Origin: Aulosira sp. ZfuVER01
GTDB taxonomy: Bacteria; Cyanobacteriota; Cyanobacteriia; Cyanobacteriales; Nostocaceae
Reading direction: 5' to 3'
Assembly: GCA_034530615.2 (NCBI GenBank)
Contig: JAVRCV020000007.1
Location: 1 to 64,000, forward strand
DNA: 64,000 nt
Part shown: piece after piece, positions 9,641-20,340 of the stretch
Position numbering within the stretch: position 1 is the first letter of the stretch
Layout: every line of letters starts with the position of its first letter
The notes under the pieces: model-generated
The model's input: only the letters and a program-made list of their open reading frames with translations
Database searches by the model: none
Told to the model about the DNA's origin: nothing
Program-made: the position numbers and the translations under genes

Positions 9641-10435
9641 TTAACCTCTCATGGCAGTGACAATCGAACGCGCAGCATCGGACAACAACCAGCCATCAGC
9701 AGCAGGTAGTACGAAATCATAGCCCTTAGCAAACAGTTCCCGACCTCCGGCGGCATGACGACTGACGCCCCCAAGCCAACAATTAGGGGTGGAGCGAACT
9801 ATCGCTTCGGCTTCCGCCAATAATCGGTTAAGTTCTGAATTATCGTAAGTTCCTAATTTAGTCAGTGCCGCAAAATCGTCAACTATGTCTGCCATCAGAT
9901 CGCCGGCTCCTAAAACTACCATATCGACGCCGTCAACTGCGGCAATTTCTCTAACATTCTCGAAACCCCGACGAGTTTCCACGATAACGGCTATAAGTAT
10001 GTTCTCCCGATAATTGGCAGGATACTCTAGCTCTGCTAAACCCCAGTTGGCTGCTCGAGACTCCGGATAACCCACACCTCGGTGTCCACCATGAGGTCGA
10101 TAGCGGGTTGCAGCAACGATTGCTCGCGCTTCATCTGCTGATTCTACAGTCGGCACGATTATACCTTCCACGCCCATCTCCAAGGCTCGCTTGATATAGA
10201 CTGGATCGTTTGAAGGCACACGCAAAATGCAGGTAACTTCTGTTGCCTGGGCGGCGCGGAGTTGCTGGACTAAGACGCCCATTTCCATAGCGCCATGTTC
10301 ATGGTCGATGATAAAAGCATCAAAACCACACATAGAAAGAAGCTCGATTGAGTCAGCATCTGCGAAAAAAATCCAGCAACCGATTGGTTGGGAACCGGTT
10401 TGCAGCATTTTCTTCAGTCTATTGGGTCTAAACAT
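9641..10435 (-). CDS. HpcH/HpaI class II pyruvate aldolase family protein
   Basis: GFDAFIIDHEHG, LRVP, IKRALEMG, IVETRRG, LGAGDL. Confidence 0.9.
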   Translation of the reverse strand: MFRPNRLKKMLQTGSQPIGCWIFFADADSIELLSMCGFDAFIIDHEHGAMEMGVLVQQLRAAQATEVTCILRVPSNDPVYIKRALEMGVEGIIVPTVESADEARAIVAATRYRPHGGHRGVGYPESRAANWGLAELEYPANYRENILIAVIVETRRGFENVREIAAVDGVDMVVLGAGDLMADIVDDFAALTKLGTYDNSELNRLLAEAEAIVRSTPNCWLGGVSRHAAGGRELFAKGYDFVLPAADGWLLSDAARSIVTAMRG

Positions 10436-10715
10436 AATTTTTTATCTATGATTACGCCAACCTACTTACTGGTCAATAAATCGACGCTTGCTAAAAATTA
10501 GACAATATTAAGATATTCGCATTACTGAGTAACAATTTGAGGATGCGATCGCTTTTTTTTATTATTTTGCAAGCAAAGTTCAAATTTCATAGTTTAGCGT
10601 CAAACATAGAGCGATCGCCAAAGATAAAAAATAAACTTATCTTCAAAAAACTTATTAAGAGTATTAGCTATTTGGGGAAAGATTCTCTATCCCCTTATTT
10701 TCCAAGTCAGCTTAA

Positions 10716-12104
10716 TTACTGAAGCCTCCGTTTCACTTCTTCAGCCAAATCTGCTAATGCTACTTCTATTTGTTCGCCTGATTTCAAATCTTTCAGCGAT
10801 GATTTTTGCGCTGCTGCTTCTTCCGAACCAATAATGACGCAGAATTGAATGCCTTGTTTATCAGCTAGCTGGAATTGCTTACCTAAGGGACGCTTATCAA
10901 AGTTAGTTATGACATTAATCCCCACCTTACGCAGATTTTGTGACACTTTTAAATAAATTGGCATCAAATCTTCTTGCATATTCACCACCATTACCTGTGC
11001 AGGTGTGGCGGCTAAGGTATTGAGAATCCCAGCTTTCAATAAGCGGCTAATTAAGCGGGTTAAACCGATGGAAATGCCGACACCAGGCATCTTTTCGCCT
11101 AAAAATGTGCCGACTAATTCTTCGTATCTGCCACCAGAGCAAATACTACCTAAGGCTTCGTGTCCTAATAGGGTAGTTTCGTAAACTGTACCTGTATAAT
11201 AATCAAGACCACGAGCGATCGCTAAATCAATACAAAAGCGATTTTCAGCTACTCCGAGATTTCGCACGCCTGTAATTACTGTTTCTAACTCGCTTACTCC
11301 TAAAGCAAATTGTTCTGCTTCTGGTAGATTTTGGGACAAATGCTTGAGTTTATCTAATACTTCGTCAACACTGCCATCGATTTTAATAAAGTCAATAATT
11401 TTTTGTGTCTGTTCAGCTAAAATATCTTCTTTTGCTAAATGCTGTTTGACTTTCTCTTCTCCTACTTTCTCTAGGGTATCAATAATACTAATGCAGGTTT
11501 TAATTTTATTTTCTGCTACCCCTACTGACTTAAAGAAACCTGTGAGGATTTTGCGATTATTGATGCGAATGAGAAAATCACCAATATTAATTGCTTCAAA
11601 TATCTCGGTGATAATTGCAGGCATCTGAGCATCATACAGCAAGCTTAATTGAGTGCGAGCAACCACATCAATATCACACTGGCGAAATTGTCGAAAACGC
11701 CCATCTTTGGCGCGTTCGCCACGAAATACCATATCCATTTGATAACGCGCAAAGGGAAAGGTTAATTCGTTGAGATGACGGGCAATATATGCTGCTAAAG
11801 GCACTGTTTGGTCAAATTTTAAAGCCCTCGCTTCGGAACCTGTTTCGCCTGCTTTGTCTTTCTCTGCTTGCCGATTTGGTGGCAGGATGGGGTCGATACC
11901 ATAAATAATATTATCACCCTGATTTCCCTTTGCCTGTAGTACTTCTAAGCGTTCTACAGCAGGTGTTTCGATGGGTGTAAATCCATAACTTTCAAAAACT
12001 CTGCGGATGGTATCTAGTAAGTACAACTCTAGGCGCTTTTCACTAGGAAGAAACTCTGGAAAGCCGCTAGGAGTAGAAAAATTAATTTTGTCACCTTTTG
12101 CCAT
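10716..12104 (-). CDS. hisS: Histidyl-tRNA synthetase
   Basis: ALKFDQTVP, FRGER..GRFRQFRQCDID, ARGLDYYTG, SGGRY, C-terminal anticodon-binding domain. Confidence 0.96.
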   Translation of the reverse strand: MAKGDKINFSTPSGFPEFLPSEKRLELYLLDTIRRVFESYGFTPIETPAVERLEVLQAKGNQGDNIIYGIDPILPPNRQAEKDKAGETGSEARALKFDQTVPLAAYIARHLNELTFPFARYQMDMVFRGERAKDGRFRQFRQCDIDVVARTQLSLLYDAQMPAIITEIFEAINIGDFLIRINNRKILTGFFKSVGVAENKIKTCISIIDTLEKVGEEKVKQHLAKEDILAEQTQKIIDFIKIDGSVDEVLDKLKHLSQNLPEAEQFALGVSELETVITGVRNLGVAENRFCIDLAIARGLDYYTGTVYETTLLGHEALGSICSGGRYEELVGTFLGEKMPGVGISIGLTRLISRLLKAGILNTLAATPAQVMVVNMQEDLMPIYLKVSQNLRKVGINVITNFDKRPLGKQFQLADKQGIQFCVIIGSEEAAAQKSSLKDLKSGEQIEVALADLAEEVKRRLQ

Positions 12105-12203
12105 AACCTACAGTGTCAGATTTAGACTTGAGCTTTTAGATTTTAGAGGAGAATGAGCTATCCCGTATATATTTAGAGCGATCGCATCTCCTTTTGAGAT
12201 GAT

Positions 12204-12743
12204 CTATTTATGTACTACTACTAAAGTCCCAACTTTTGCCCAGTTGTACAGTTGACGAGCCTGCTTAACTCGCAAATTCACACAACCGTGGCTCACTGGA
12301 GTACCAAAATTGTTATGCCAGTAAGCACCGTGAATGGCATAACCTTCATAAAAATACATGGCATAAGGGACATCAGGAATATCGTAGTCCTCGCCCCGCA
12401 TTCGGTTAATCCGATACTTGGAATTAATCTCAAACTTACCCTTGGGTGTAGGAGTTGCTCGTTTACCTGTGGAAATACGGAACGAATAAACTCGTTTTTT
12501 TCCTTCCCATGCCAATAAACGTTGCTCGGATAGGTCAATTTCAATCCAGCGCGGTTCAGATGTCTGTTTTTGGTCAGTGACAGTCTTGCTGTTAGTATCT
12601 CTTGGAGCAGCTTTAGCTGTTGTTAAATGAGAATCAAATGTGATTGGCGGCGACCAAGCAAATAAAGCCACCAACACTAAAAACATACTTGTACAGATAT
12701 TTCTTGAAAAATGTAACCAACTACTGTGAATTCTGCTTTGCAT
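12204..12743 (-). CDS. L,D-transpeptidase (YkuD domain), exported
   Basis: [35 protein letters not shown]. Confidence 0.92.
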   Translation of the reverse strand: MQSRIHSSWLHFSRNICTSMFLVLVALFAWSPPITFDSHLTTAKAAPRDTNSKTVTDQKQTSEPRWIEIDLSEQRLLAWEGKKRVYSFRISTGKRATPTPKGKFEINSKYRINRMRGEDYDIPDVPYAMYFYEGYAIHGAYWHNNFGTPVSHGCVNLRVKQARQLYNWAKVGTLVVVHK

Positions 12744-13515
12744 GAAGTCTCACCTTCTAGTTCAGCTGCTCGAAATTAGATTTGTTGGAGAAATAAGGCA
12801 AAGAACGGTAAAACAGATAAAATTGCCTTTTCTTTTCAACCTTGAGTCTTTGCCTGTCTCTTGCACAATGTACTTTTGGCAGAAATCTCTTGAGTTGATG
12901 TAGACCTATAAGTAGAGTAGCTAAAGAATTGCAGTATTTTCCTCAATTTGTAAATATGCAATCTCGGTAAATAGACGTTATTAAAATCAAGATATTTTTT
13001 AGTTTTAATAGCGCCTAAAAGCGCCATAACTAGCACTTGGTCATTGCTATCTTTAATTAATTCACATCTAGCTAATTCCCACAGATAAGTTGAATACGAA
13101 TAGAAAAATCGTAATTAAATCTGTTGGTTATCTACATATTTACCAAAGACTTTATAAATTTTTCTGCCAAGATTTCCTGATATTCTACTGATGCGAGCGC
13201 TCTAGCTCAATTGCAGATTTGGTTTCGCTTCTACACCAATCTCTGACTGCTTGATGAGCAAGAATTAGAACCCGATCGTTTGTAAGTGCTGATAACTTGC
13301 CAGTAGATGCAAAATTTCCCTCAGATTCTTTTTGTATCTGGGATAATATACAGGATTGCTTAGATTGATGCCAATTTTTTCTAGCAGACTTTATACGTCT
13401 TATCCTCTATATGTTACTTCAATTTTAGTTAGCCCTATTCCAGAGATTCCCAGGAAATTTGAATAGGGGAATCTCTCAAAAATATAGTTTTATATTAGTT
13501 TGTAATTTAGGTTTG

Positions 13516-14028
13516 CTACTTATGAATAAACACTGGCGTTCCTACTGATGCCCAATTAAATAGCCATTTCGCATGGTTTGGGGCAACATTCACGCAGCCG
13601 TGACTGACTGGAGTACCAAATCTCCGATGCCAATAAGCACCGTGAATTCCGTAATTACCTTGGTAATACATTACATAAGGAACATCAGTAACATCGTAGT
13701 CACTGCCGCGCATTCTGGCAGTTTTAAGTTTGGTTTGAATTTTAAAATTACCAATGCGAGTAGGGGTAGATCTTTTACCTGTAGAAATAGTAACTGCATA
13801 AACAGGTTTTTGACCTTCCCAAGCAATTAGCCGTTGTTTGGATAGATCGATTTGAATCCAACGTTGATCTGATTTTTTGAGTGTCTCAATGTTTTTGGTA
13901 ATTGCCTCATCTTTTGCTTTGGCTGAAACTTCACACGCTCCCGGATTTACCACACTCAAGGAGAGTGTTACACCTGCAAGCAATATTGCTAGGCGGCGCA
14001 TCCAGTGATGATTAATCAAAATTTTCAT
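13516..14028 (-). CDS. L,D-transpeptidase (YkuD domain), exported; paralog of 12204-12743
   Basis: IQIDLSKQRL, GIHGAYW, VSHGCVNV. Confidence 0.92.
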   Translation of the reverse strand: MKILINHHWMRRLAILLAGVTLSLSVVNPGACEVSAKAKDEAITKNIETLKKSDQRWIQIDLSKQRLIAWEGQKPVYAVTISTGKRSTPTRIGNFKIQTKLKTARMRGSDYDVTDVPYVMYYQGNYGIHGAYWHRRFGTPVSHGCVNVAPNHAKWLFNWASVGTPVFIHK

Positions 14029-14052
14029 CGTAAATACACTTAAATAGGATGT

Positions 14053-14715
14053 TTAGGGAAAATTTTCAGTTATTACCCTAAAGTACCCTATCTGTTGTAT
14101 CAATTTTTTCACCTGTTCGGCAATCGCTGGCCAATTTTTCTCGGTTAATAAATGCTTTGGGAATAGTTGACTACTTAAACCTACAGCGATCGCTCCTGCG
14201 TGTAAAAAGTCTTTGGCATTCTCTAAATTGACTCCCCCAGTAGGAATCAAAGGAATTTTTCCCAATGGACCTTGGAGGCTTTTGATATAATTAGCACCTC
14301 CCACTGCTTCCACAGGAAACACTTTTACGCAGCTAGCGCCATGACTCCAGGCGGTGACAATTTCTGTAGGTGACAGCGCCCCAGGAATAATGGGTACATC
14401 TTGCGCTACTGCTGCTTGAATCATTGCTAAATCAACATGGGGTGTGAAGAGAAATTGCGCCCCACAGGCGATCGCTGTTTGTAACTGCTGGACGTTAAAT
14501 AGCGTCCCAGTCCCAATTGTACAGTTTGGTAATTCTGTGCGGAGTTGGCTAATTAATTGAGCGGCGCGATCGCTATTCCAGGTAATCTCAATTAGCTGCA
14601 TTCCCTCAGATGCTACAGTCAAAGCCATTTGTCTTGCCAATTCCATCTCTGACGCACGGATGACTGCGATCGCTCGGTGTTGTTTTAATTGTGATAACCA
14701 GACTAGATTAGACAT
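14053..14715 (-). CDS. eda: KDPG/KHG aldolase
   Basis: IAVIR, IEIT, IGTGT, PGALSPTEI, VKVFP (Schiff-base Lys), PTGGV. Confidence 0.9.
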   Translation of the reverse strand: MSNLVWLSQLKQHRAIAVIRASEMELARQMALTVASEGMQLIEITWNSDRAAQLISQLRTELPNCTIGTGTLFNVQQLQTAIACGAQFLFTPHVDLAMIQAAVAQDVPIIPGALSPTEIVTAWSHGASCVKVFPVEAVGGANYIKSLQGPLGKIPLIPTGGVNLENAKDFLHAGAIAVGLSSQLFPKHLLTEKNWPAIAEQVKKLIQQIGYFRVITENFP

Positions 14716-14908
14716 TTTGACTTGAAAGGCATGGGACGGCTACGCTATCGCCGCAATTAGTTGAATCTCAACTACTAGAGTGACATAGGAACAGCCATTT
14801 TCGCTCAAGCTTGCTGATTGAACCAAGCTATGACTTAAGATGCAGGATTTTGCCGCAGTGGAATTGGCAGAATACAGTGAGTGCCTCTCATGGGTTAAAA
14901 TCTCAACT

Positions 14909-15544
14909 TCAGTTAGTGTTTCGGTGCTGCAAAAACCACTCGTATAGTGCTGGATTGCTGTAAGTCTGCGTCCAAGAATCGTGTTCTGCTTCTGGATAAA
15001 TAGTAAATTTAATATTGCTACCGATTGCCTCTAGCGCCCTCACCATTTCTTCAGATTCATTAATCGCCACTACGCGATCGCGTGCCCCATGAAAGACCCA
15101 AATAGGCAAGTGCTTAATCTTATAAGCTTGTTTAGAGTCTCCACCACCACAAATCGGGGCGATCGCTGCAAACCTTTGAGGCTGGCTAATTGCCAAATGC
15201 CAGGTACCGTAACCTCCCATACTTAAACCAGTTAAGTAAATTCGCTGCAAATCAACTCGATAGTTGTGAATAACCTCATCAAGTAAGACATTCAAGCGAT
15301 ATACATCCCAATGTTCTCGCTGTGGGCATTGAGGGGACGCTACAACAAACGGAAAATCCAGTTGCTCTTCTACAATCCTGGCAACACCATGTCGTTTTAC
15401 CCAGTTCAAATTATCGCCTTTCTCACCAGCACCATGCAGAAACAGAATCATCGGGTGGCTTTGCTGCTCTTCATAGTTCTGAGGTAGAAACAGCAGGTAA
15501 TTGTAACTATTGGTCTGTGTAATCCCTTGTTGAGTAGAGTGCAT
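14909..15544 (-). CDS. Phospholipase/carboxylesterase-like serine hydrolase
   Basis: LFLHGAGE, GLSMGG nucleophile, FHGARD, AEHDSW. Confidence 0.88.
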   Translation of the reverse strand: MHSTQQGITQTNSYNYLLFLPQNYEEQQSHPMILFLHGAGEKGDNLNWVKRHGVARIVEEQLDFPFVVASPQCPQREHWDVYRLNVLLDEVIHNYRVDLQRIYLTGLSMGGYGTWHLAISQPQRFAAIAPICGGGDSKQAYKIKHLPIWVFHGARDRVVAINESEEMVRALEAIGSNIKFTIYPEAEHDSWTQTYSNPALYEWFLQHRNTN

Positions 15545-16058
15545 ATTTGTACATTAATTAACGCAATTTACGAGGCAAAAAACTTAAAAAATAAGTATGT
15601 ATTTATACAAATAACTAAGCATTAAAAATATAAATGTTTCTAGATAAAAATTTCGTTCTTAAATCTTTTCTCTTCTCTTGCTACCATAGCTACTCTAGCA
15701 TCCAGAGCCTTGAATTGATGATGTATTAACCAAAGTGATTGATTGCTGATCGTGCTAACAAACCCAGGCAAATTTTGATTATAAATTTTATATTACTACT
15801 TAAGTAAGACTGTTTATATTCCTAAAGATAGAACAGCACAGACATGATTACAAAGTATAAAAATAACAATATACAATTTGGCTTGCCAGGTCAAAGTGAA
15901 GCAATAGAATTTTTTTGAAGGATGAGCATATTGCTTATCCAGGGCGAAAAGATGCCTGCATAGATAAGTAATGTAAAAAGGTGTATTTTACCAAATTTTT
16001 CTAAGGATTTTTTGGCAAGAGGGTGTATGCTACTAGACCTTTTTAGGAGAAATTTTAA

Positions 16059-16973
16059 ATGCAAACTCAACTATGCCAATCATACTATGAAGAAAATGGT
16101 TATTTTATTTGTCGTAATTTAATACCTTTAGAGTTAATTGATAATTTACTCGATTTGTATGCTCAACAAATTGTGACATCAACACATCCATTTTTTCGGC
16201 AGAATACTGGTAAATACGAAATTAATCATCTGAATGAGTTTGGCTATGCCACACAGTCTTTTTTGGATATTCACGATTATAAGAAATATCCGAAATTTAG
16301 CGATACCGCAAAAGAAATATTTTGTAGTGAAAAAATTCAAGATGCATTAAGAGAGATCGCGGGATATGAGTCTTTTAATTTAATGCAAACGATGTTATTT
16401 GATGCAAACACAGAAACACAACCACATCAGGATTGGTGGTATTTAGATACCGTACCCAATGGATATTTAATAGGTGTTTGGATTGCCTTAGAAGATATCA
16501 ATGAAAATGCTGGGCGTTTCTATATAATACCAAAAACAAATAAAAACCCTGATTTTCATAGTGACAAACCAAATATATCTGTCAGTGAGTGGCTAGAACG
16601 AATTAATGAATATGTAAGTATGCATCAACAACATATTATGGCTCCTGACTTAAAGAAGGGAGATGTTCTATTTTTCAACTCGAAAACTATTCATGGTTCT
16701 TTACCAACTATTAATTCTCGCTTTTCAAGAAAATCTTTGACAGCACATTATCTTCCCTCTCGCTATCAATTTGGTAATCTTTTTACAACTAAAAATTACA
16801 TTAATTATAAAATTTATAAAGAAGTAAAATTCTATCGAAGTAAACCAGATTTTACTTTAATGAATGATTTTAAACTGAGGATGAAAAGTGTTGTTTATAA
16901 TTCACCTATATTACTTAAAATAATGCGTCAATTGTACAGCAAGTTTATCAGCATAACAATCAAACAGAAATAA
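16059..16973 (+). CDS. Phytanoyl-CoA dioxygenase (PhyH) family Fe(II)/2OG oxygenase
   Basis: PHQDWWY, VWIALED...NAG, KGDVLFF...IHGS, RKSLTAHY. Confidence 0.88.
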   Translation: MQTQLCQSYYEENGYFICRNLIPLELIDNLLDLYAQQIVTSTHPFFRQNTGKYEINHLNEFGYATQSFLDIHDYKKYPKFSDTAKEIFCSEKIQDALREIAGYESFNLMQTMLFDANTETQPHQDWWYLDTVPNGYLIGVWIALEDINENAGRFYIIPKTNKNPDFHSDKPNISVSEWLERINEYVSMHQQHIMAPDLKKGDVLFFNSKTIHGSLPTINSRFSRKSLTAHYLPSRYQFGNLFTTKNYINYKIYKEVKFYRSKPDFTLMNDFKLRMKSVVYNSPILLKIMRQLYSKFISITIKQK

Positions 16974-17570
16974 TTACTGAGTGATTTTGGAGACTCAATA
17001 TTTGTCATAAAAGGATGCAACGATTACCTAAAAATTTGGTTCTCGTTGCTTTTTAAATTTGTAAATTTTTTACCCGGTACATCTTCTACAAAGTTGAGAG
17101 TTACTATAATTTGTAATTAGTAAGCGATGGCTATTTAATTAGCAATTCTCTAGTTGAATGTTAATAAGTTTTGTAATGCCTCAATTGAGAGTTATTTAAT
17201 TTGATTTCGCTGGTCAATGGGTTAGGTGCGCTTTTTTTAAAGCGGCTACAACGGTTTATGAATACGACTTTAATTTCAGAGATGATAGATAAGGCTATTG
17301 CTTGGTAATTACTGTAAAGTTCAGATCATTAAAGAAATAAACTGATTTTAGTATTCCTCACAAATCATTCTCTAGGTAGAGCAACTCAGAAAGCTGGATG
17401 CACAATTAGCCAGATGGAGGCGATGTGATGAGTTTTTACACTGAGTTTAGATAACGTATTCTTTTTGTCTTTCATATTTTTTGTGCAGGCGTGAGAATCT
17501 ACATTCCTATACGAAAAATTTTTGAATTTTTGGTCAGTGGTTAACTTGGAATGAACAAAGAGTTAGAAAT

Positions 17571-18908
17571 ATGCCAGAAGCAGCGATAAGCAACTTAGTC
17601 GATGCGGTGCGTAGATCTGCATACCAACTGACAGGATCAACCGCAGACTACGATCCATTGATGAAGTTAATCGGTAATGCCCGCTTTGTCCTGATTGGCG
17701 AAGTTTCCCACGGTACTCATGAGTTCTACGAACAACGGGCTGAGATTACCAAACGGCTGATTCAAGAAAAAGGCTTTACAGCCGTTGCTGTAGAGGCAGA
17801 CTGGCCCGATGCTTACCGTGTTAATCGTTATGTGCGTGGTGTTAGCGAAGATCCAACCCCTGCGGAAGCATTGTCAGATTTTCGACGCTTCCCTGCTTGG
17901 ATGTGGCGTAATACCGACGTATTAAAATTTATCAATTGGTTAAGGGAATATAATGATGTTCTAGGGAAAAAGGCTCTAAAAGTTGGCTTCTATGGGCTAG
18001 ACCTTTATAGTATGTACGCTTCAATAGCAGAGGTTCTCAACTATCTCGATCGAATTGATCCAGAAGCCGGCCAACGTGCCCGTTATCGCTACTCATGCTT
18101 TGAGCATTTTGGTGAAGATAGCCAGCACTATGGTTATGCTGCTAGTTTTGGACTGAGTGAATCCTGCGAACAAGAGGTAATTAATCAGTTGCGAGAACTG
18201 CAACGTCATACTACTGAGTCCAAAAATCATAATCCTGTAGCAGATGAGTTGTTCTACATTGAGCAAAACGCGCGATTGGTGAAGAATGCTGAAGCTTACT
18301 ACCGCTCTATGTTTCAAGAACGGGTGTCTTCCTGGAATATTCGCGATCGCCACATGGCAGAAACTCTAGATCGACTGACAACTCATTTAGATCGACAAAG
18401 ACAACCAAACAAAGTTGTAGTTTGGGAACACAATTCCCACTTGGGCGATGCTAGAGCAACAGCTATGGGTAGGGGTGGAGAGATAAATCTTGGTCAATTA
18501 GTGCGCGAACAGTATGGTAATGAATCAGTCCTGATCGGCTTTAGCACCTATACAGGTACAGTTACCGCCGCTTCTGATTGGGGAGGTAGAGCCGAACTGA
18601 AGCTAATTCGCCCTGCTTTGGCAAACAGTTACGAAGCGTTGTTTCATGAGACAGGATTACCACAGTTTTGGTTACAACTAAGAGATAATTCAACAATTCC
18701 AGGAATAGAAAAACGGCGTTTAGAAAGAGCAATCGGTGTGATTTACCAACCAGAAACCGAGCGCATCAGTCACTACTTTTATGCTTGTCTCCCTGAGCAA
18801 TTTGATGCCATTATTCACATAGACGACACCAAGGGAGTACAACCCTTAGACCGTAATATCCAAGAGAATATAGGCGATCCCCCAGAAACTTTTCCTTTTG
18901 CTGTTTGA
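17571..18908 (+). CDS. Erythromycin esterase family protein
   Basis: LIGEVSHGTHEFY, AVEADWPDA, GFYGLDLYS, WNIRDRHM, WEHNSH, ERAIGVIY, PETFPF. Confidence 0.92.
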   Translation: MPEAAISNLVDAVRRSAYQLTGSTADYDPLMKLIGNARFVLIGEVSHGTHEFYEQRAEITKRLIQEKGFTAVAVEADWPDAYRVNRYVRGVSEDPTPAEALSDFRRFPAWMWRNTDVLKFINWLREYNDVLGKKALKVGFYGLDLYSMYASIAEVLNYLDRIDPEAGQRARYRYSCFEHFGEDSQHYGYAASFGLSESCEQEVINQLRELQRHTTESKNHNPVADELFYIEQNARLVKNAEAYYRSMFQERVSSWNIRDRHMAETLDRLTTHLDRQRQPNKVVVWEHNSHLGDARATAMGRGGEINLGQLVREQYGNESVLIGFSTYTGTVTAASDWGGRAELKLIRPALANSYEALFHETGLPQFWLQLRDNSTIPGIEKRRLERAIGVIYQPETERISHYFYACLPEQFDAIIHIDDTKGVQPLDRNIQENIGDPPETFPFAV

Positions 18909-19046
18909 GGTAAAAGCATCACTAATGACAGATGAAGTGTCTGCTAATTTACATTAAGCTTAAGCATCCTCAGCGCTGATCTCCGCGCAAGACAGGCCAA
19001 ATCCTGATATGAGGACTGAGCGACCAATGTCGTGAAGAGTTGGTAA

Positions 19047-20021
19047 ATGGCAAAGGTAACAGACTTTAAAGACTATTACAGGATTCTGGGGGTAGATAAA
19101 AAAGCTACACCAGACGAAATCAAACGGGCATATCGCAAACTTGCCCGTAAAAATCATCCTGACTTAAATCCTGGAGATCAAAAAGCCGAGGAACGCTTTA
19201 AAGAAATTAATGAAGCGAATGAAGTACTATCTGATCCAGAGAAGCGGCGGAAGTACGACCAATTTGGGCAGTATTGGAATCAGGTCAATCAGGTTGGAAC
19301 ACCCCCGCCGAGAAGTGCAGGTGTAGGCGTTCAAGGCTTTGATTTTGACCAATATAGCGATTTTGACTCATTTATTAACGATCTGCTGGGGCGCTATAGT
19401 ACTCCAGGTAGCACAGGACAAGGACATAGAACCTATACTTATCGTACTGCTACAGGACAACCTAGTGGATTTACTAGCCAACCACCTACTGATGCAGAAG
19501 CTGCGATCGCTCTTACTTTTGCAGAGGCCTTTCATGGTACGCAAAAGCGTCTGCAAGTAAATAGTGAGACAATTAACGTGCGGATTCCACCAGGAGCTAC
19601 CCCAGGAAGCCGAGTTCGGATTAAGGGGAAAGGTCATTCTAGCCCCTTTTCCCAACAACGGGGAGACTTGTATTTGACAATTGAAATTCTGCCCCATTCC
19701 TTCTTTAAATTTGAAGGCGATAACATTACCTGTGAAGTGCCAATTCGACCAGATGAAGCAGTTTTAGGCACAGAAATTAATGTACCGACTCCCGATGGCA
19801 GTATTAATGTCAAAGTGCCACCAGGAGTACATTCTGGTCAATCCCTACGAATACGGGGTAAAGGCTGGAAGTTACCCCAAGGTAAACAAAGTGACCTGAT
19901 AATCAAGCTCCAAATTGTGCCTCCTAAAGATCTCAGCCCTATTGAAATAGAAGCTTACGAAACAATTCAAGCACACAGCAACTTTAATCCCCGCGCTCAG
20001 TTGCAGGAGGTAAAACTATGA
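19047..20021 (+). CDS. cbpA: DnaJ-class co-chaperone (CbpA-like; J domain plus C-terminal domain, no Zn finger)
   Basis: DYYRILGV, HPD, EANEVLSDPEKR, GDLYL. Confidence 0.85.
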   Translation: MAKVTDFKDYYRILGVDKKATPDEIKRAYRKLARKNHPDLNPGDQKAEERFKEINEANEVLSDPEKRRKYDQFGQYWNQVNQVGTPPPRSAGVGVQGFDFDQYSDFDSFINDLLGRYSTPGSTGQGHRTYTYRTATGQPSGFTSQPPTDAEAAIALTFAEAFHGTQKRLQVNSETINVRIPPGATPGSRVRIKGKGHSSPFSQQRGDLYLTIEILPHSFFKFEGDNITCEVPIRPDEAVLGTEINVPTPDGSINVKVPPGVHSGQSLRIRGKGWKLPQGKQSDLIIKLQIVPPKDLSPIEIEAYETIQAHSNFNPRAQLQEVKL

Positions 20022-20320
20022 CCGAGTTCAGCCTTTCTCAAACAGTTGTTTCCCAGGATGGAGAGCCACTTTACTCCTATGAATATGCAGCAATGGTGAC
20101 AGAGACATCCACTGTCTTGGTAGAACGCTTTGCGGCGTTGGGATTGATTGAACCTATAGGGGTGATGCTGCACCAGCGTGATATTACTCGGATTGCCCAA
20201 ATTCAACGCCTGCGTCGGGATTTAGGATTGAATTTAGTGGGAGCAGCAATGGTGCTAGATATGGCGCAAGAAATTGCTCAGTTGCGTGCCCAGATCCAGG
20301 TATATCAATCAATGAAGTAA
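20018..20320 (+). CDS. cbpM: Chaperone modulator CbpM-like (MerR-type HTH)
   Basis: Overlaps cbpA stop (ATGA); RLRRDLGLNLVG..VLDM motif. Confidence 0.8.
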   Translation: MTEFSLSQTVVSQDGEPLYSYEYAAMVTETSTVLVERFAALGLIEPIGVMLHQRDITRIAQIQRLRRDLGLNLVGAAMVLDMAQEIAQLRAQIQVYQSMK

Positions 20321-20340
20321 AATTGTAGATTTTCGCTAAC

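Noticed and set aside
15595..15608. GTA-N8-TAC NtcA-like site upstream of the esterase
   Set aside because: AT-rich context; the nearest -10-like hexamer is 24 nt away rather than ~22; chance match likely
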